Below, piece by piece: positions 13,640-27,099 of a stretch of 64,000 bases of DNA. The notes below the pieces were generated by a model. The model saw only the letters and a list, made by a program, of their open reading frames with translations. It had not been told where the DNA came from and made no database searches. Numbering within the stretch: the stretch's first letter is position 1; the number at the start of each line of letters is the position of its first letter. A program made the position numbers and the translations under genes. Source of the DNA: Eledone cirrhosa (lineage: Eukaryota); contig OZ024748.1 in NCBI GenBank assembly GCA_964016885.1, positions 52,080,001 through 52,144,000 of the forward strand, in the 5' to 3' direction.

Positions 13640-13975
13640 TCTTTCTCTTAATTGCGAGTAAATTTTTGATTTCTGACTGTCCACCTTCCTGGTGGAAAGT
13701 TTGTAGAAGAAAAGAAATTGTCATCCTTTGAATTGCAAGAATGTTTTGCAAATTTTGAAGGTGCCACCTATCGCAGCCATTGTATTCTATGAATTTGGGA
13801 GCTGCGCTCTTTGTCCACAAATCCAAGTTCAGTTACACTATGGTCCAAGCGGGTTGGTATATAACCTGTAGCTCCAATAATGATGGGTATGAAGCTGAAG
13901 GTGTATCTTGGATACTGGATCTGCAAACTCCTCATCAATTTTCCGTAGATATCCTCCTTATCTTGTATTTTTCTT
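13640..13975 (-). mobile_element. 3' fragment of an RLE-encoding non-LTR retrotransposon (R4/Dong/NeSL-like)
   Basis: Minus-strand translation KIQDKEDIYGKLMRSLQIQYPRYTFSFIPIIIGATGYIPTRL...IQWL(frameshift)IGGTFKICKTFLQFKG* fits the restriction-like endonuclease C-terminus pattern (K..kY..L....PiiiGa.G; 'GT.kI.r.fL'). Confidence 0.75.
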
Positions 13976-14334
13976 ACAATGTATGTATGTATGTATTTGT
14001 CTATATGAGTATAAATAGGTGCAGAATGTTTGAATCTTTAAGAAGTTTGCTCCACAACCTCAGGTTCCAGCATTAAAACCTTCTGTATGATAACTCTGTC
14101 AAGTGTCTTTTCCTACAGCCTTGGGCTTGTCCCACTCTGAATGAAACTGAGGAGCTAGAAAATGTGGGGAAGCCCATAAAACAGACTTTCATTGACTCCG
14201 CCTTTCATACTTCTACAATTTTAGAAACATTCATCCCCAACAGTATATAATAGTTTTTCCAAAGTATATTGTCATTAGTTTCAACATTAGATAACATACC
14301 TTGTGGTATTACTCCAGTTCTCTACTCTCCTAGT

Positions 14335-14563
14335 TTGACTCTTCAGCATTTAAACCAGCCGTATCCGGCCAGAATTTTTTCACTTCTTTCTGTTTAAACT
14401 GGCTATAACCAGCCACTCATACTGATATTAAGATATTGTTCTCAAAATAAACAATATCCAAATTTCATAGACTCGATATTATGTGAGATAAGTATGTGAG
14501 GTAAAGCCTTTACTGTGAAAATATAATAGTATATATAGAGTAATGTAATTGCTAAAGGGTTAA
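14335..14563. mobile_element. TTAA-ended MITE, piggyBac-like ends; similar elements at 1-82, 11316-11560 and 32071-32184
   Basis: Ends TTGACTCTTCAGCA...TGCTAAAGGGTTAA are degenerate inverted repeats of TTAACCCTT type. Confidence 0.5.
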
Positions 14564-14741
14564 ATTCCACCAAGGTCAACTTTGCTTTCATCCATTTGTG
14601 GTCGATAAAAGTAAGTACCAGTCTAGTACTGGGTCAATTCTTCCTCTATATATAATCACTTACTGACTGGAAGCAAGGATAAAGGTGATGAGGATATAGG
14701 CATTGTAAGGATGACACAGATAATGGTAATGTTGATAACAG

Positions 14742-14781
<40 letters not shown>

Positions 14782-15318
14782 GATGATGATGATGATAATG
14801 ATGATGGTGTTAATAATGGTTCTGTTGAAAATGAGGATGATAATGGTTATGGTGAGGAGGATGTTGGTGATGATGTCAATAATGGTTTGTGATGATGATG
14901 GTGATGATCATGATAAAGCTAATGATAATGTTAATGGTTGTGTTGATGATGATGGTGGTGATGCTGATGAAGGGTTGGTGATAGAGTTGGCAGTGGTGTA
15001 GTCATGAAGGTTATGATGTTGGGTGTAGGGACGATAGTATAGTGTGATGGTGATGATGGTGATAATGATGGTGATGATGATGGTGATGGTTATGATGACA
15101 GCATGGTGGTCAAGGGAGAGAATGAAGAGTAAGTATGACTTTCATGATCAACTGCATCAATAAGAACTGTCTTGACTTAAGGTAGACATATATATATATA
15201 TACATATATATATATATGTAGAAATTGTATATAATTTGTTGGAATTCCAACAAACATATATGTTTATAACTGATTTAGAGCACTCAACATATTTCTGGAG
15301 TAAATATTCCATGATATT

Positions 15319-15481
15319 AAATAAATGGAAACTATATTTATAAAACCATATTTATTTTATTATATATATTTCAAGGGCAACCAAGAAAATCTGATGTAAG
15401 TGCACCAAGGCTTGCTTCGTTGCCCTTGAAATATATATAACAAAATAAATATGGTTTTATAAATATAGTTTCCATTTATTT
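15319..15481. repeat. Fold-back inverted duplication of a family 1 hammerhead unit; + strand core mutated (CTGATGT at 15391)
   Basis: Arms of about 60 bp: AAATAAATGGAAACT...TTTCAAGGGCAAC / GTTGCCCTTGAAA...AGTTTCCATTTATTT. Confidence 0.85.
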
Positions 15482-15540
<59 letters not shown>

Positions 15541-15575
15541 ACACACAGATACATGCGGACATCTCTCTTCATAAT

Positions 15576-15614
<39 letters not shown>

Positions 15615-15760
15615 AGAAAGAGAGATATCAAAGGGGAGAAAGAAGTTGAGAATCAATGACAGGCTGCACATTGCTGATTCTTCAGGCAGAAAACCAGGAC
15701 CCTAGAGATCTCAGCCCACAGTGGTGGGCTCATGGAGTGTTTGACACACACACACACATG

Positions 15761-15821
<61 letters not shown>

Positions 15822-15941
15822 ATATATACAGACATACATATATATATAAATACACATATATATATATACGTACATATATATATACATATATATATATATA
15901 CATACATACATATATATATATATACATATATATATGTGTGT

Positions 15942-15986
<45 letters not shown>

Positions 15987-15992
15987 TATATA

Positions 15993-16040
<48 letters not shown>

Positions 16041-16409
16041 TATAACTGCACAATTAAGAATCACTCAAGCTTGTTTAGAGACAGATTCTCTATAAAATTC
16101 CATCAGCTCAGATTTATACCAGTTTTTATTGTTGCTTTGTTATTGTTATTGTTGTTGTTTTATTCCTTTCCATTTCACATTTTCACAGATTCTGGCATTT
16201 ATTTACGCTTGTCAAGCAAGGTTTTCATCTCAACTGCCCTTACTTCCGCACAGACACACACACACATATATAGATATAAATACACACACATATATATTCA
16301 TACACATATACTTACATACATATATATATACATATATGAACACACACACACGCATACATACATAGATACATACATACATGTATATACATATATATATATA
16401 TATATATGT

Positions 16410-16750
16410 GGAGGCACATGGCTTAGAGCATTGGCCTTGCAATCGAAAAGTTGTGAGTTCAAGTCTCAGACCGGGTGATGTGTTGTTTCCTTGAGCAAGA
16501 CACTTTATTTCACATTGCTCCAGTTTACTCAGCTGTAGAAATGAGATGATAGGGACTGGGGTCCATATCATTCCACTGTAAATTGGTCGTGGAGGTGCCA
16601 TGGCAAAAAAGCATCCAGCACTCACTGTAAATGAGGTTGGTGTTAGGAAGGGCATCCAGGTATAGAAATCAAGCCAGAATCAGTTCCCGTCCCACCCTTG
16701 CAAGCAGGGAAAAGCGGATGTAAAATGATGATGATGATGATGATGATGAT
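16410..16750 (+). mobile_element. tRNA-derived SINE, family A
   Basis: Near-identical to 4587-4932, with a small deletion in the A-box. Confidence 0.9.
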
Positions 16751-17519
16751 AATTATATGTATATACATATATATATAAAGTCCAACTGTCCAACGCTTGC
16801 TAGAAGGGAGAACAGATGATGATTATTATATAATTAATTGTTTCTACTTTTTGGCACAAGGCCAGCAATAACCCAGTGCATTACTGGTACTTTATTTTAT
16901 CGACCCCGTAAGGATGAAAGGCAAAGTTAATGTGTGTGTGCATGTCTGTGTGTATATATATATATATGAAGTTGTGTGGCTTAGTGGTTAGAGCATTGGA
17001 CTCAGAAATGTGAGGTTCAGAGCTCAATTCCCAGACATGGTGATGTGTTATGTCCTTGAGCAACATGGGCTTAAGCTGCAGAAAAGAACCTTTGGGTGCA
17101 ACACCCATGGTCATTCATGACCTAAAGAGGTCTTTGCTATATATGTGTGTATGTATATATATATTTATATATGTGTGTGTGCGTGTGTTGAAGCTAAATT
17201 TTTATTCTATTTTAAGGTGAGCCAACTTATAAAGCTTTGTATGCAAATGAGGCTAATCAGCCTGCTTACACAGGCGAAAAAACTATATATTGCCTCCTGT
17301 CTCAAACTCCAGCTCTGAGTAACGGGAAGCATTGTGCGAAATACATACACAGTTATCCTCCGCTACTTCTGCTGGATTCCGCTAGAAGGCGCTGGCTGTC
17401 AATCTTCTAACAATAGCTGAGTTTTCAAAATGCTTATTTATCAAACATACCATATATCTTTAGATATTCGAAATTCACATGCATATATATATATATATGA
17501 AAATGTTTTTATATATATA

Positions 17520-18018
17520 CTAGCAGTGGTACCCGGCGTTGCACAGGATAAGGTATTGTGAAATATATAACCACCTTAGTTAAGCTTAGTATTGCTACAA
17601 CCACGGCTGGCAAAGAAGTAAGTGTCAGGTGGTACGTAAGTAAGCAACACTGTGGCTTAAAACGTGAGGAAGAAGTTGTGTGCACTTACCAACTGTTTGG
17701 GGAATGAGTGTGAGATTTGTCTTGAGCAAGGGTGGCAGAATAACCAGAGGCAGCAGACAGACAGATATTATAAGGGCACAACGTTATATGTATGTATCTA
17801 TCTAAAAAGAGAAAGACTAAGAATTATAGAGAGAGATCGCTAAATCGCCTAATGCGGTCCTTAGGGCATTGAAAATTTGAAATTTGTTTTGCTCAGAACA
17901 CTCCCTGAAACATAAGTATTAGATGTGTAAAGTTTGAAAACAGTCGGTTGGATGCTTCTCTAGTTTTAGGGATTCACACACACAGACAGACAGACATCCT
18001 CAGTTTTATATATATAGA
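17520..18018 (-). mobile_element. Non-autonomous Helitron (Lep1-like architecture)
   Basis: Minus strand starts 5'-TC(TATATATATAAAA) followed by (GTCT)n, and ends with the hairpin CCTGTGCAACGCCGGG then CTAG-3'. Inserted between A and T, no TSD. Confidence 0.8.
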
Positions 18019-18077
18019 TATATATATAGGAAAATGTTTATATATATATATATATATATATATAAACATATATATAA

Positions 18078-18335
18078 AAGTCAGCTTAAAAATGACACAG
18101 AGGAGATTGAGGTTAGCTGGACATGCTCACTGACATCCAGAATTGACACTGCACTCAGTGATCCTGTGGGAGCCCCTGCATAGACACACTGGAAGGGGAA
18201 GACCAAGGTTAACGTATGTTGATGCCCTATGGACGGACACTGGTCTGTTGGAGACGCAGGACATTGAGGCGATAATGTGGGACAGAGACTGCTGGAGAGA
18301 ACTCGTTCATGGATCTCGGGAATTTTACCCGCCCT
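18078..18335 (+). mobile_element. RTE-clade LINE 3' fragment (third RTE family)
   Basis: RRLRLAGHAH*HPE...ILWEPLHRHTGRGRPRLTYVD...DRDCWRELV, the typical RTE ORF C-terminus, with one internal stop. Confidence 0.85.
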
Positions 18336-19228
18336 ACATAGATAGATATATACACACACATATATATATATATATATATACAATTTTGATAGGTTTCAAC
18401 CAGGATTAGAGGTTTCTAGATGTAATAATTTCACATATTAATGAAACAGATGTAAACATTATGTAATAAATGCTTTTCCCTCTTGAACAGTGAATGGTGT
18501 ATTCCTGTAAGTTATTGTCTACTTATAATTACTCCATGGATTATCGATTGTGACACCTCCTGGAGATCACCCTGAGAGCAACTTCAAGCGGTAATCCATA
18601 TGTTGAGTCAACAGCAGCTGTATGCTGACACACGTTACTGAGATTCATTGGTAGAAACAATGGATACCGATTATTAATACACCTTATATATATATATATA
18701 TATATATATAAATATGTAAATATGATAATAATGGAGCTGCGGCGCTGCAAATGGGTTACATATGAAAAAGTTTGTCCTCATCAGTGGCCTTCCAACCGTC
18801 GTAGGCATTTCGTCGCATTAAAGGCCATATACCTCAGGTTGGTGCGAGGAACGGCTAAAAAAAGTCGTTGGGACACGTAAATAAGGGGGACGCTAGGGTA
18901 AACAAAAAAAATGGTTTTTCATGGGAAAATGGAAAAACTCAGCATATAGAGGCTATTAAAAACAGCGAAATACCGTCGAAGTGACGTTGGGTAAAATATT
19001 ACCTTGAAGGACCTCGATGTAAGTTGACTTGAAGAAAAGAAGAGAAGATAGGAAGGAAGAAATAGAATGGATGAATGAGAAGAGGTCTCAATCATTAAAG
19101 TATGCTCTCCAGATCTCAAACTACTGCAGTTTTGAAGTCAAATTAATTCATCATTACTGCATACGCAACCCATGCTAGTGTAGAACATGGACATAAAAAG
19201 GTGATGATTATGATGATGCTATACATAT

Positions 19229-19269
<41 letters not shown>

Positions 19270-19451
19270 GAAGGAAATATGGTAAGGAACCAGGTGGACC
19301 ATAACGCACCAAAGTACTCAAACTGCTTGAGCTCAGCCGTCGGGGTCCTACTCATTCATATATATATATATATAATGAAGGAAATGTGGTAAGGAACCAG
19401 ATGGACCATAACGCACCAAAGTACTCAATACTTAGGGTAGTAGAGTGGGTA

Positions 19452-19553
19452 ATAGGAACCAGTAAGACCCCGACGGCTGAGCTCAAGCCGTTTCGATGGA
19501 TTAGAATTAGCCGTCGAAACGGCTTGAGCTCAGCCGTCGGGGTCTTACTGGTT

Positions 19554-19558
<5 letters not shown>
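19452..19558. repeat. Near-perfect fold-back containing the 3' half of a hammerhead in both arms
   Basis: 48-bp arms around an 11-nt loop; each arm carries GAAA-CGGCT TGAGCTC AGCCG-TC-GGGG. The CTGANGA strand is absent. Confidence 0.85.
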
Positions 19559-19631
<73 letters not shown>

Positions 19632-20095
19632 CATGCATATATGTATGCATATAATATATTATATAAACATAATATAATTTCTATATAATTAGCAGAGAAA
19701 ATGATTATAAAGTGGTGAGGATGATATATATACATATATATATATGTGTATATATATATATGTGTGTGTGTGTGTGTGAGACTATGTATATAGATATGAT
19801 GTACACAATCAAGCTGAGAGATTTCTCTAGTCCTGTCAAAGACATCAATAGCCTCAGTTAAGTACTGTCTTGTCTTGTGACAACCCATTATGTTCTTGCC
19901 AGTAGGGAAAACAAATGTTAAAAGTTGATGATGATGATGATGATGATATATATATATATAATTGTTTCTAATTTTTGGCACAAGGCCAGCAATTACCCAG
20001 TGCATTACTGGTACTTTATTTTATCGACCCTGTAAGGATGAAAGGCAAAGTTAACCTTGGTGGGATTTGAACTCAGACCATAAAGAGCCGTAACT

Positions 20096-20127
20096 CTTAA
20101 ATAACAAACCTGGACTGTATCGAAGGG

Positions 20128-20193
<66 letters not shown>

Positions 20194-20225
20194 CCCTTCG
20201 ATACAGTCCAGGTTTGTTATTTAAG
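20096..20225. repeat. Perfect 130-bp palindrome centred on (TA)n
   Basis: CTTAAATAACAAACCTGGACTGTATCGAAGGGGG-(TA)31-CCCCCTTCGATACAGTCCAGGTTTGTTATTTAAG. Confidence 0.95.
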
Positions 20226-20520
20226 TTTGTTGAATTTTCGTTGTTGTGGTGGCTTCTGTGGCTTTGTCCCCTTAACCAGAGTTTTCAATTTGTCATGGTA
20301 TTTAACGTATGTTTATTACTCTAAGGTGTAACCTATCGATTTATCGATACGTTCTTATTGAGTGCTTCATGCAAACTCCGAATTTGTTCTTTCGTGGATG
20401 TTGGCTGGCCACCACAGCTTCGATTTTACTAACCTTCCAATCGTGTATATATATATATATATATATATATTTATGTCCCTACCTCTCCTATTATTCTCTC
20501 TCATCTTTTTTCTCATTCTC

Positions 20521-20556
20521 TCTTCTGATGAAAGACTAGTGTCCGAAACATAGAGA
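20521..20556 (+). ncRNA. Degenerate minimal hammerhead-like motif
   Basis: TCTT-CTGATGA-AAGAC TAGT GTCC-GAAA-CATA-GAGA. Stem II base and stem III are imperfect. Confidence 0.35.
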
Positions 20557-20824
20557 CACTTTTCCTACTTTATCAACCATTAAACTAATATATTTCTTCA
20601 TTGTACAGTGTTGTTTTCCTTGTTGTTTCCGTTTACTTTTTGCATACATGCACACATATTTATATATATATATGTATTTGTTTTGCGAGATTTTTGATAT
20701 GACATCGTGTATCGAAACAAATATTGTTATATTTGGGGAGGGTCATATTGTTGTAATAATATTGTCAGAATTAATAACAGAACACACTCACTGTTTGGTT
20801 GGTTTTCGCTTCTGCATCTTTACA

Positions 20825-20886
20825 GTTTATAAGCTCTGAGGATTCCTGCCATAGGGTATGGATGAAACACTGTTAGCAAATAAAAC
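20825..20886 (+). ncRNA. Hammerhead-like motif related to family 3
   Basis: GCT-CTGAGGA-TTCCTGCC ATAG GGTATGGAT-GAAA-CACTG-TT-AGC, with extended TTTAT/ATAAA pairing. U-U mismatch at the base of stem II. Confidence 0.55.
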
Positions 20887-21225
20887 AATGTATTTCTAAG
20901 CACTCTTTGGTTATTTCTAAACTTATATATATATGTCCCACCCTTGCAAGCAGGGAAAAGCAGACGTAAAATGATGACGATGATGATGAAATATATAAAT
21001 ATATATATATAGCTTCAAATGAAACAATTCTAGTCCTGTAGAAGCCATTTCTACAATAAATATGTATACTCTGCTATGTATTGAATACTTTATTTACTGT
21101 GATTACCCCCAATTGAACCCAGGATACACACACACATATATATATATGTGTGTGTATATGAATAGGAAGACACAAAGCAGGGTTTGTTTACAAACAGCTA
21201 GTGAATCTGGCAATTAGGTAGTAAT

Positions 21226-21684
21226 GCTTCCCTGGGCATGGATTCATTGAAGCTCCGACGTCTGGCAATGGACTTGGTAAACACCCACAAAGTTATTAAT
21301 CATCTCGACAACAACAACCCTGAGCACCTTTTTGATCTCCATATGTCTAACACACGTGGACATGCCTACAAAATCAGAAAACAACACAGCTCACATGACT
21401 TTCGGAAAGATTTTTTCACACTTAGAGTTGCTGAAGCATGGAACAAACTGCCTGCGTCAGTTGTTAGCTGCCGAGACACTGCATCCTTTAAAACCCTCAT
21501 GCTTCCCGAAATTCACCAAAACTACACCTGATGTACCCCTTCCATACACATGCAAACATGTGTATATCATGACTCATGCACTGTTCATTTTCCTGACGTT
21601 TGTACATTACCCTATGTACTATACATACACTTTTTGATGAGTTGTAGTGCACCTGAGCACTGTACACAATATTTTCATTATTAA
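21226..21684 (+). mobile_element. CR1/L2-group LINE 3' end (ORF2 C-terminus plus 3' UTR)
   Basis: LGMDSLKLRRL...TRGHAYKI...RKDFFTLRVAEAWNKLP..VV....ASFK, the conserved CR1-type ORF2 terminus. Short (ATT)n tail. Confidence 0.9.
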
Positions 21685-21965
21685 GATATGCTTATGCCGT
21701 ATTTGACTAAATAGAATTAGTCTGTTAGATGGGATTTTCAAAAATCCTCTGAATGGAAAAAAGAATGAGTATTGATGTAGATAGGACACTAACCCACATT
21801 TATGGTTTGCCGGACCAATGTGTTACCATTACACCAGCATGCCACCCATGCTTCCTTCCATTCAATTAGAAGCAATATAACCATATCAGGCTTTGTTTAC
21901 ATATATATATGTGTGTGTGTGTGTGTATGTATATGTATATATGTGTGCATGTGTGTATGTATGTG

Positions 21966-21996
<31 letters not shown>

Positions 21997-22067
21997 ATGT
22001 ATGTGCATGTATGTGTGCGTGTGTGTATGTATGTGTGTATATATATGTGTGTGTGTGTGTGTATGTA

Positions 22068-22110
<43 letters not shown>

Positions 22111-22172
22111 ATATGTGTGTGTACATGTATGTATGTATGTGTATGTATCTATGTATGTGTATATATATATAT

Positions 22173-22235
<63 letters not shown>

Positions 22236-22521
22236 GAGGAAGTGACACACACACACATACACACACACACAATCAGACAAGCTCATACACACACATAAAT
22301 AACCTATTCTTTACACACATCAATGAACACGCATGTAAGAAACACATGCATGACATGTATACCATAATCATATACACATGCATACAATGCAGGCAGGGAA
22401 ACACACAGACACACACATGAATCCACACACAGGTACAGACAGCCCACCCACACACATACCACCTACAGAACACATACCTATGCAACACACATAGCTACAC
22501 GATGTACTACATCCATAATAA

Positions 22522-22523
22522 TC

Positions 22524-22554
<31 letters not shown>

Positions 22555-23180
22555 CCACCATCAACATCATCATCATCACCACCACCATCATCATCATCAC
22601 CACCACCACCACCACCACCATCAACATCATCATCATCACCACCACAATCATTACCACCAGCACCACCACTACCATCAACACCACCACAATCATCACCATA
22701 ATCACCTCAAACACCACCACCACCACCACCACCACCACCATCAACATCAAAACCACCACCATCATCATCACCAGCACCAACACCACCACCATCATCACCA
22801 CAACCACCAGCAACAACACCTCCACCACCACCAACACCATCATCACCATCAACATCAAAACCACCACCACCATCATCAACATCAAAACCAACACCAACAC
22901 CACCACCACCATCAACATCAAAACCACCACCATCATCATCACCAGCACCACCACCATCATCATCACCACAACCACCAGCAACAACACCACCACCACCAAC
23001 AACACCATCATCACTACCATCGTCATCAACACCACCACAAACTCCAACAGTACATGCAACACACCTCCCCCTCCTCTTCCCCCACCACCTCCTCACCCAC
23101 CAGTCTACAGCCTGAGGGCTCAGTAAGCTCTACCCCCACCCCACCACACCGCCACCACCGCCACCACCACCACCACCACA
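22522..23180. repeat. (CAC/CAT/CAA)n triplet array
   Basis: Low-complexity; produces a spurious poly-His ORF. Confidence 0.93.
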
Positions 23181-23522
23181 TCTCATGTGCCTCTCAGGCA
23201 AAAACTTGGCCACTTGTCTAATTGCACTGCTACACTGTTTACTGATTCCATTAAACTGGAAATAATGGTTTATCAGAGAAAATCAAATACTTTTACCATT
23301 AACATAGGACACACACAATTACATATTAGCCAGACCCCTCCCTTACACACACACATACACATACATACATACACACACACATATATATATATATTTATAC
23401 ATTCATATATACATATATTAATTTATATGTATATACACACAAATACACACACATACATATACATACACATATATATATATTATACATTCATATATACATA
23501 TATTTATTTATATGTATATACA

Positions 23523-23564
<42 letters not shown>

Positions 23565-23655
23565 TATATATATATAGACATTATACATATTTATATACAT
23601 TCATACATACATTTATTTTTATATACACAAACAAACACAAACATATATTTATATG

Positions 23656-23701
<46 letters not shown>

Positions 23702-23815
23702 GTATCCTTATATACAAACACACATGCATATATGTGTTTGTGCACATGCGTGTTTATACACATATATATGTAAGTATGAATATATGTAAACATATATATA
23801 CATAAATATATATAA

Positions 23816-23857
<42 letters not shown>

Positions 23858-24057
23858 ATACATACACACACACATATATATATATATATGAATATATATA
23901 TGTAAGTATATGTATGTATATGATTGTGTATATATATATATATATTGCAAGTGTACTCACATGTTTGCAAACATGAATAGATATTATGTTATAACAGCAG
24001 ACCAAGCAGAAACAATTTGGGGGAGAGAAGGAGAGGGTGAGAGAGTGGGGTTGGTAG

Positions 24058-24089
<32 letters not shown>

Positions 24090-24437
24090 CGGTGAAAGGG
24101 AAGAGAGAGATGGAGAGAATGGGAGAAAGAAAGGGTAGTAGGGAAGAGAGAGTGAGATATAGATAGATAGATATATATATAGAGAGAGAAAGATGGAGAG
24201 TGAGACGTAGAAAGGGAAGAGAGACTGCGAGAGGGAGAGGATTGGGAGAAAGAAAGGGTAGTAGGGATGAAGGTGAGGGTGAACGAAGGGGAATGAAGAG
24301 CATAGAGAGAGTCAGGAAAAGCTAGAGAGAGAGAGAGAGAGAATGAGAGTGAGGATGAGTGATAATATTTACTTATTAACAGTGTAGAATACTTTAATAA
24401 ATGGGGGACGTGTGTGTATCTACACATCACATCCTCA

Positions 24438-24487
<50 letters not shown>

Positions 24488-24994
24488 TACACACATGCAC
24501 ACCTTTATGTGTATTTATATATATATACAAACACCTCTACGTGTATATGCATACATACACACATACTTACATAGATACATACACAATCCATTAATGGAAC
24601 AGTAAAAATATGTAAAACATTCCAAAAATTCTGCATACATATACAGACACAAAGCATATGCACACATACAACTTAAAATATACACATCGACACATACAAT
24701 AACATCCATATCTACACATGCATGCATGCATACATATCTACCTAGTTGATGTTGTGTAAATTCCAATGAGAGAGTCTTGTGTCTATGTTAGAAACAGATT
24801 CTCTCTCTATTGGTAAAACTTTGTGAAATTATAAAACCAGAAGAACATACATACATACACATACATACATACATACATACATACATACATACATACATAC
24901 ATACATACATACACACACACACAAACACATATGGCACATGCATGGCTGTGTGGTTAAAAAGTTCACTTCACCAAAATGTTCCATTTTTGCCATA

Positions 24995-25250
24995 TGTCTT
25001 GAGTGACACTTTGGCCATATGTCTTGAGTGACAGTTTGGTCATATGGATTGAGTGATACTTAGGCTAAACCTCTTGAGTGACACTTTGACCAAATGTCTT
25101 GAGTGACACATTGGTCAAATGTTTTGAGTGACACCTTGGTCAAATGTCTTGAGTGACACTTTGGCCAAATGTCTTCAGTGACACTTTGGGTATATGTCTT
25201 GAGTAACACTTTGGTCAAATGTCTTGAGTGACACTTTGGCCAAATGTCTT
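24995..25250. repeat. 25-bp minisatellite (about 10 copies) expanded inside a SINE
   Basis: Unit GAGTGACACTTTGGCCAAATGTCTT; preceded by a SINE-like head TGGCTGTGTGGTTAA and followed by CTACTGTAAC... Confidence 0.85.
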
Positions 25251-25586
25251 CTACTGTAACTTCAGGACAACCAATTCCTTGATTGTTAAACTGTAAGGGA
25301 GAATGTTATGTATGTGTGTGTGTGTGTGTGTGCAGACATACATGAATGTGTGTGATGAAGATCCCTGGCCTGTCTGCGAGGTCAGTAGCCCCACTTCCAC
25401 CAGTATTGACTTAGTCAATGTAGACCTACCTATCCAACATTTGCTAGCAGGGAAAACAGACATTACAATGACTATGGTGATGATGATGATGATAATATAT
25501 CTCACTATTAGTGTATGTTGTGTTCCTTCTAGCCCAGCATCAGAGTAATTTAACAATTTCAGATTGGTAGTACCAGGTTGAGATAT

Positions 25587-26092
25587 GAGGGTCAATTGAA
25601 AAGTTCATAGGCTGACTATGAAGGAGTGATGCTAGAGCTGTGAAATCTAGCATGCATTAATTTCAAGTTTCTTATTAATAACTTCATTGTTTCTTTCCAA
25701 GGACTATGTTGGAAAATAAACCTCATTTAGTCATTTCATGAGAGTCTCTTGGTCAACTTATGAAGGAATGATGCTAGAACTGTGAAATCTTGCAATGCAT
25801 TAATTTCAACTGTTTTTATTAATAACTACATCGCTTCTTTCCAGGGACTATTTAAAAAAATAAACAAAATTTGGTTATTCCATGAGAGTCTCTTGGTCAG
25901 GCTATGAACTTTTCAGCTGACCCTCATATATTGCAGTGATGCTAGGGCTGTGAAATCTTGCATGCATTCATTTCAACTCTTCTTATTAATAACTACATTG
26001 TTCCTTTCCATGGATTATGTTGAAAAATAAACCACATTTGGTCATTCCACGAGAGTCTCTTAGTCAGCCTATAAACTTTTCAGCTGACCCTC
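25587..26092. mobile_element. Mariner-type MITE with internal tandem duplications
   Basis: TIR GAGGGTCAATTGAAAAGTTCATAGGCTGAC and two right ends GTCAG(G/C)CTAT(G/A)AACTTTTCAGCTGACCCTC; the internal unit occurs three times; TA flanks. Confidence 0.8.
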
Positions 26093-26350
26093 ATATATAC
26101 TATGGTTGATATTATCACCTAAATCCCTTTAAGATAGTACTCCGTCATGGCTGCAGTCTAATGACTGAAATCTGTAAACAAATATATATTTAGGTTTATG
26201 AGTACTTTCACCGATGTGTGTGTGTGTGTGTGTGTGTGTGTATAAATATAGATATATTTCTCTTCGTTCTAAATGTATATATGTCATCATCATCATTAGC
26301 ATCTTCTTTCCCTGCAAGCAATATACACACACATACACAGATATTTATAA

Positions 26351-26387
<37 letters not shown>

Positions 26388-26490
26388 CATATATATATAT
26401 AATAAATAAAAACATTATATATATAAATATATAATAAAAAAAAAATATTAATATATAAATATATATATAAATATATATTATATATATATG

Positions 26491-26580
<90 letters not shown>

Positions 26581-27099
26581 GTATATATATATATAAAATC
26601 ACATTTCTTTTCAATTTTCCCATTTACTTTTATATTGCTATATAAATATATTTCTTGGTAATGTTAGTAACATTTATTTAGTTCTCATAACAGCAAATGA
26701 ACCTAAACTGTATGGTATTAATTCAAATTTCTTAACACTACACTGGTGCTGAATTCTTATATTACCATTCCATAACAATACTTTATCTTTTACTGTTAGG
26801 TTTTTTATTTTTTGTGGGGTCTTTGTTTGTTATTTTCCTCTATGTATTACTTTCTTTTTTAACTTTCAATTTTTCTAATATATATTTCTACATTTACTCT
26901 TCTTAGAGAATGTAATTTTGCTGAAAATTCCCATAATCTGTTTTGTTTTACATTTTCTGAAACATTTTGTTTGTTACTTTTGATTTATTTCTTCATTACT
27001 TTTTTTGTTTCTTTTGTTTTGTTTTTCACTTTTTAGTTCTTCTTCATTTAAAGTTATTATTATTTTATGGCTTGGCAGAATCATTAGAATGATGGGTGA

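Noticed and set aside
18755-18790. Other CTGANGA matches (18778 on -, 11203, 13338, 14146, 43590, 54292, 60202)
   Set aside because: No correctly placed stem II plus GAAA and stems III and I, so these are chance heptamers.
23215-23245. miR-92-like seed AATTGCAC
   Set aside because: The rest of the mature sequence does not match and no precursor hairpin is evident.
24995-25250. CRISPR-like appearance of short regular repeats (also 59623 and 51895)
   Set aside because: Units are contiguous with no unique spacers, there are no cas genes, and the context is eukaryotic.
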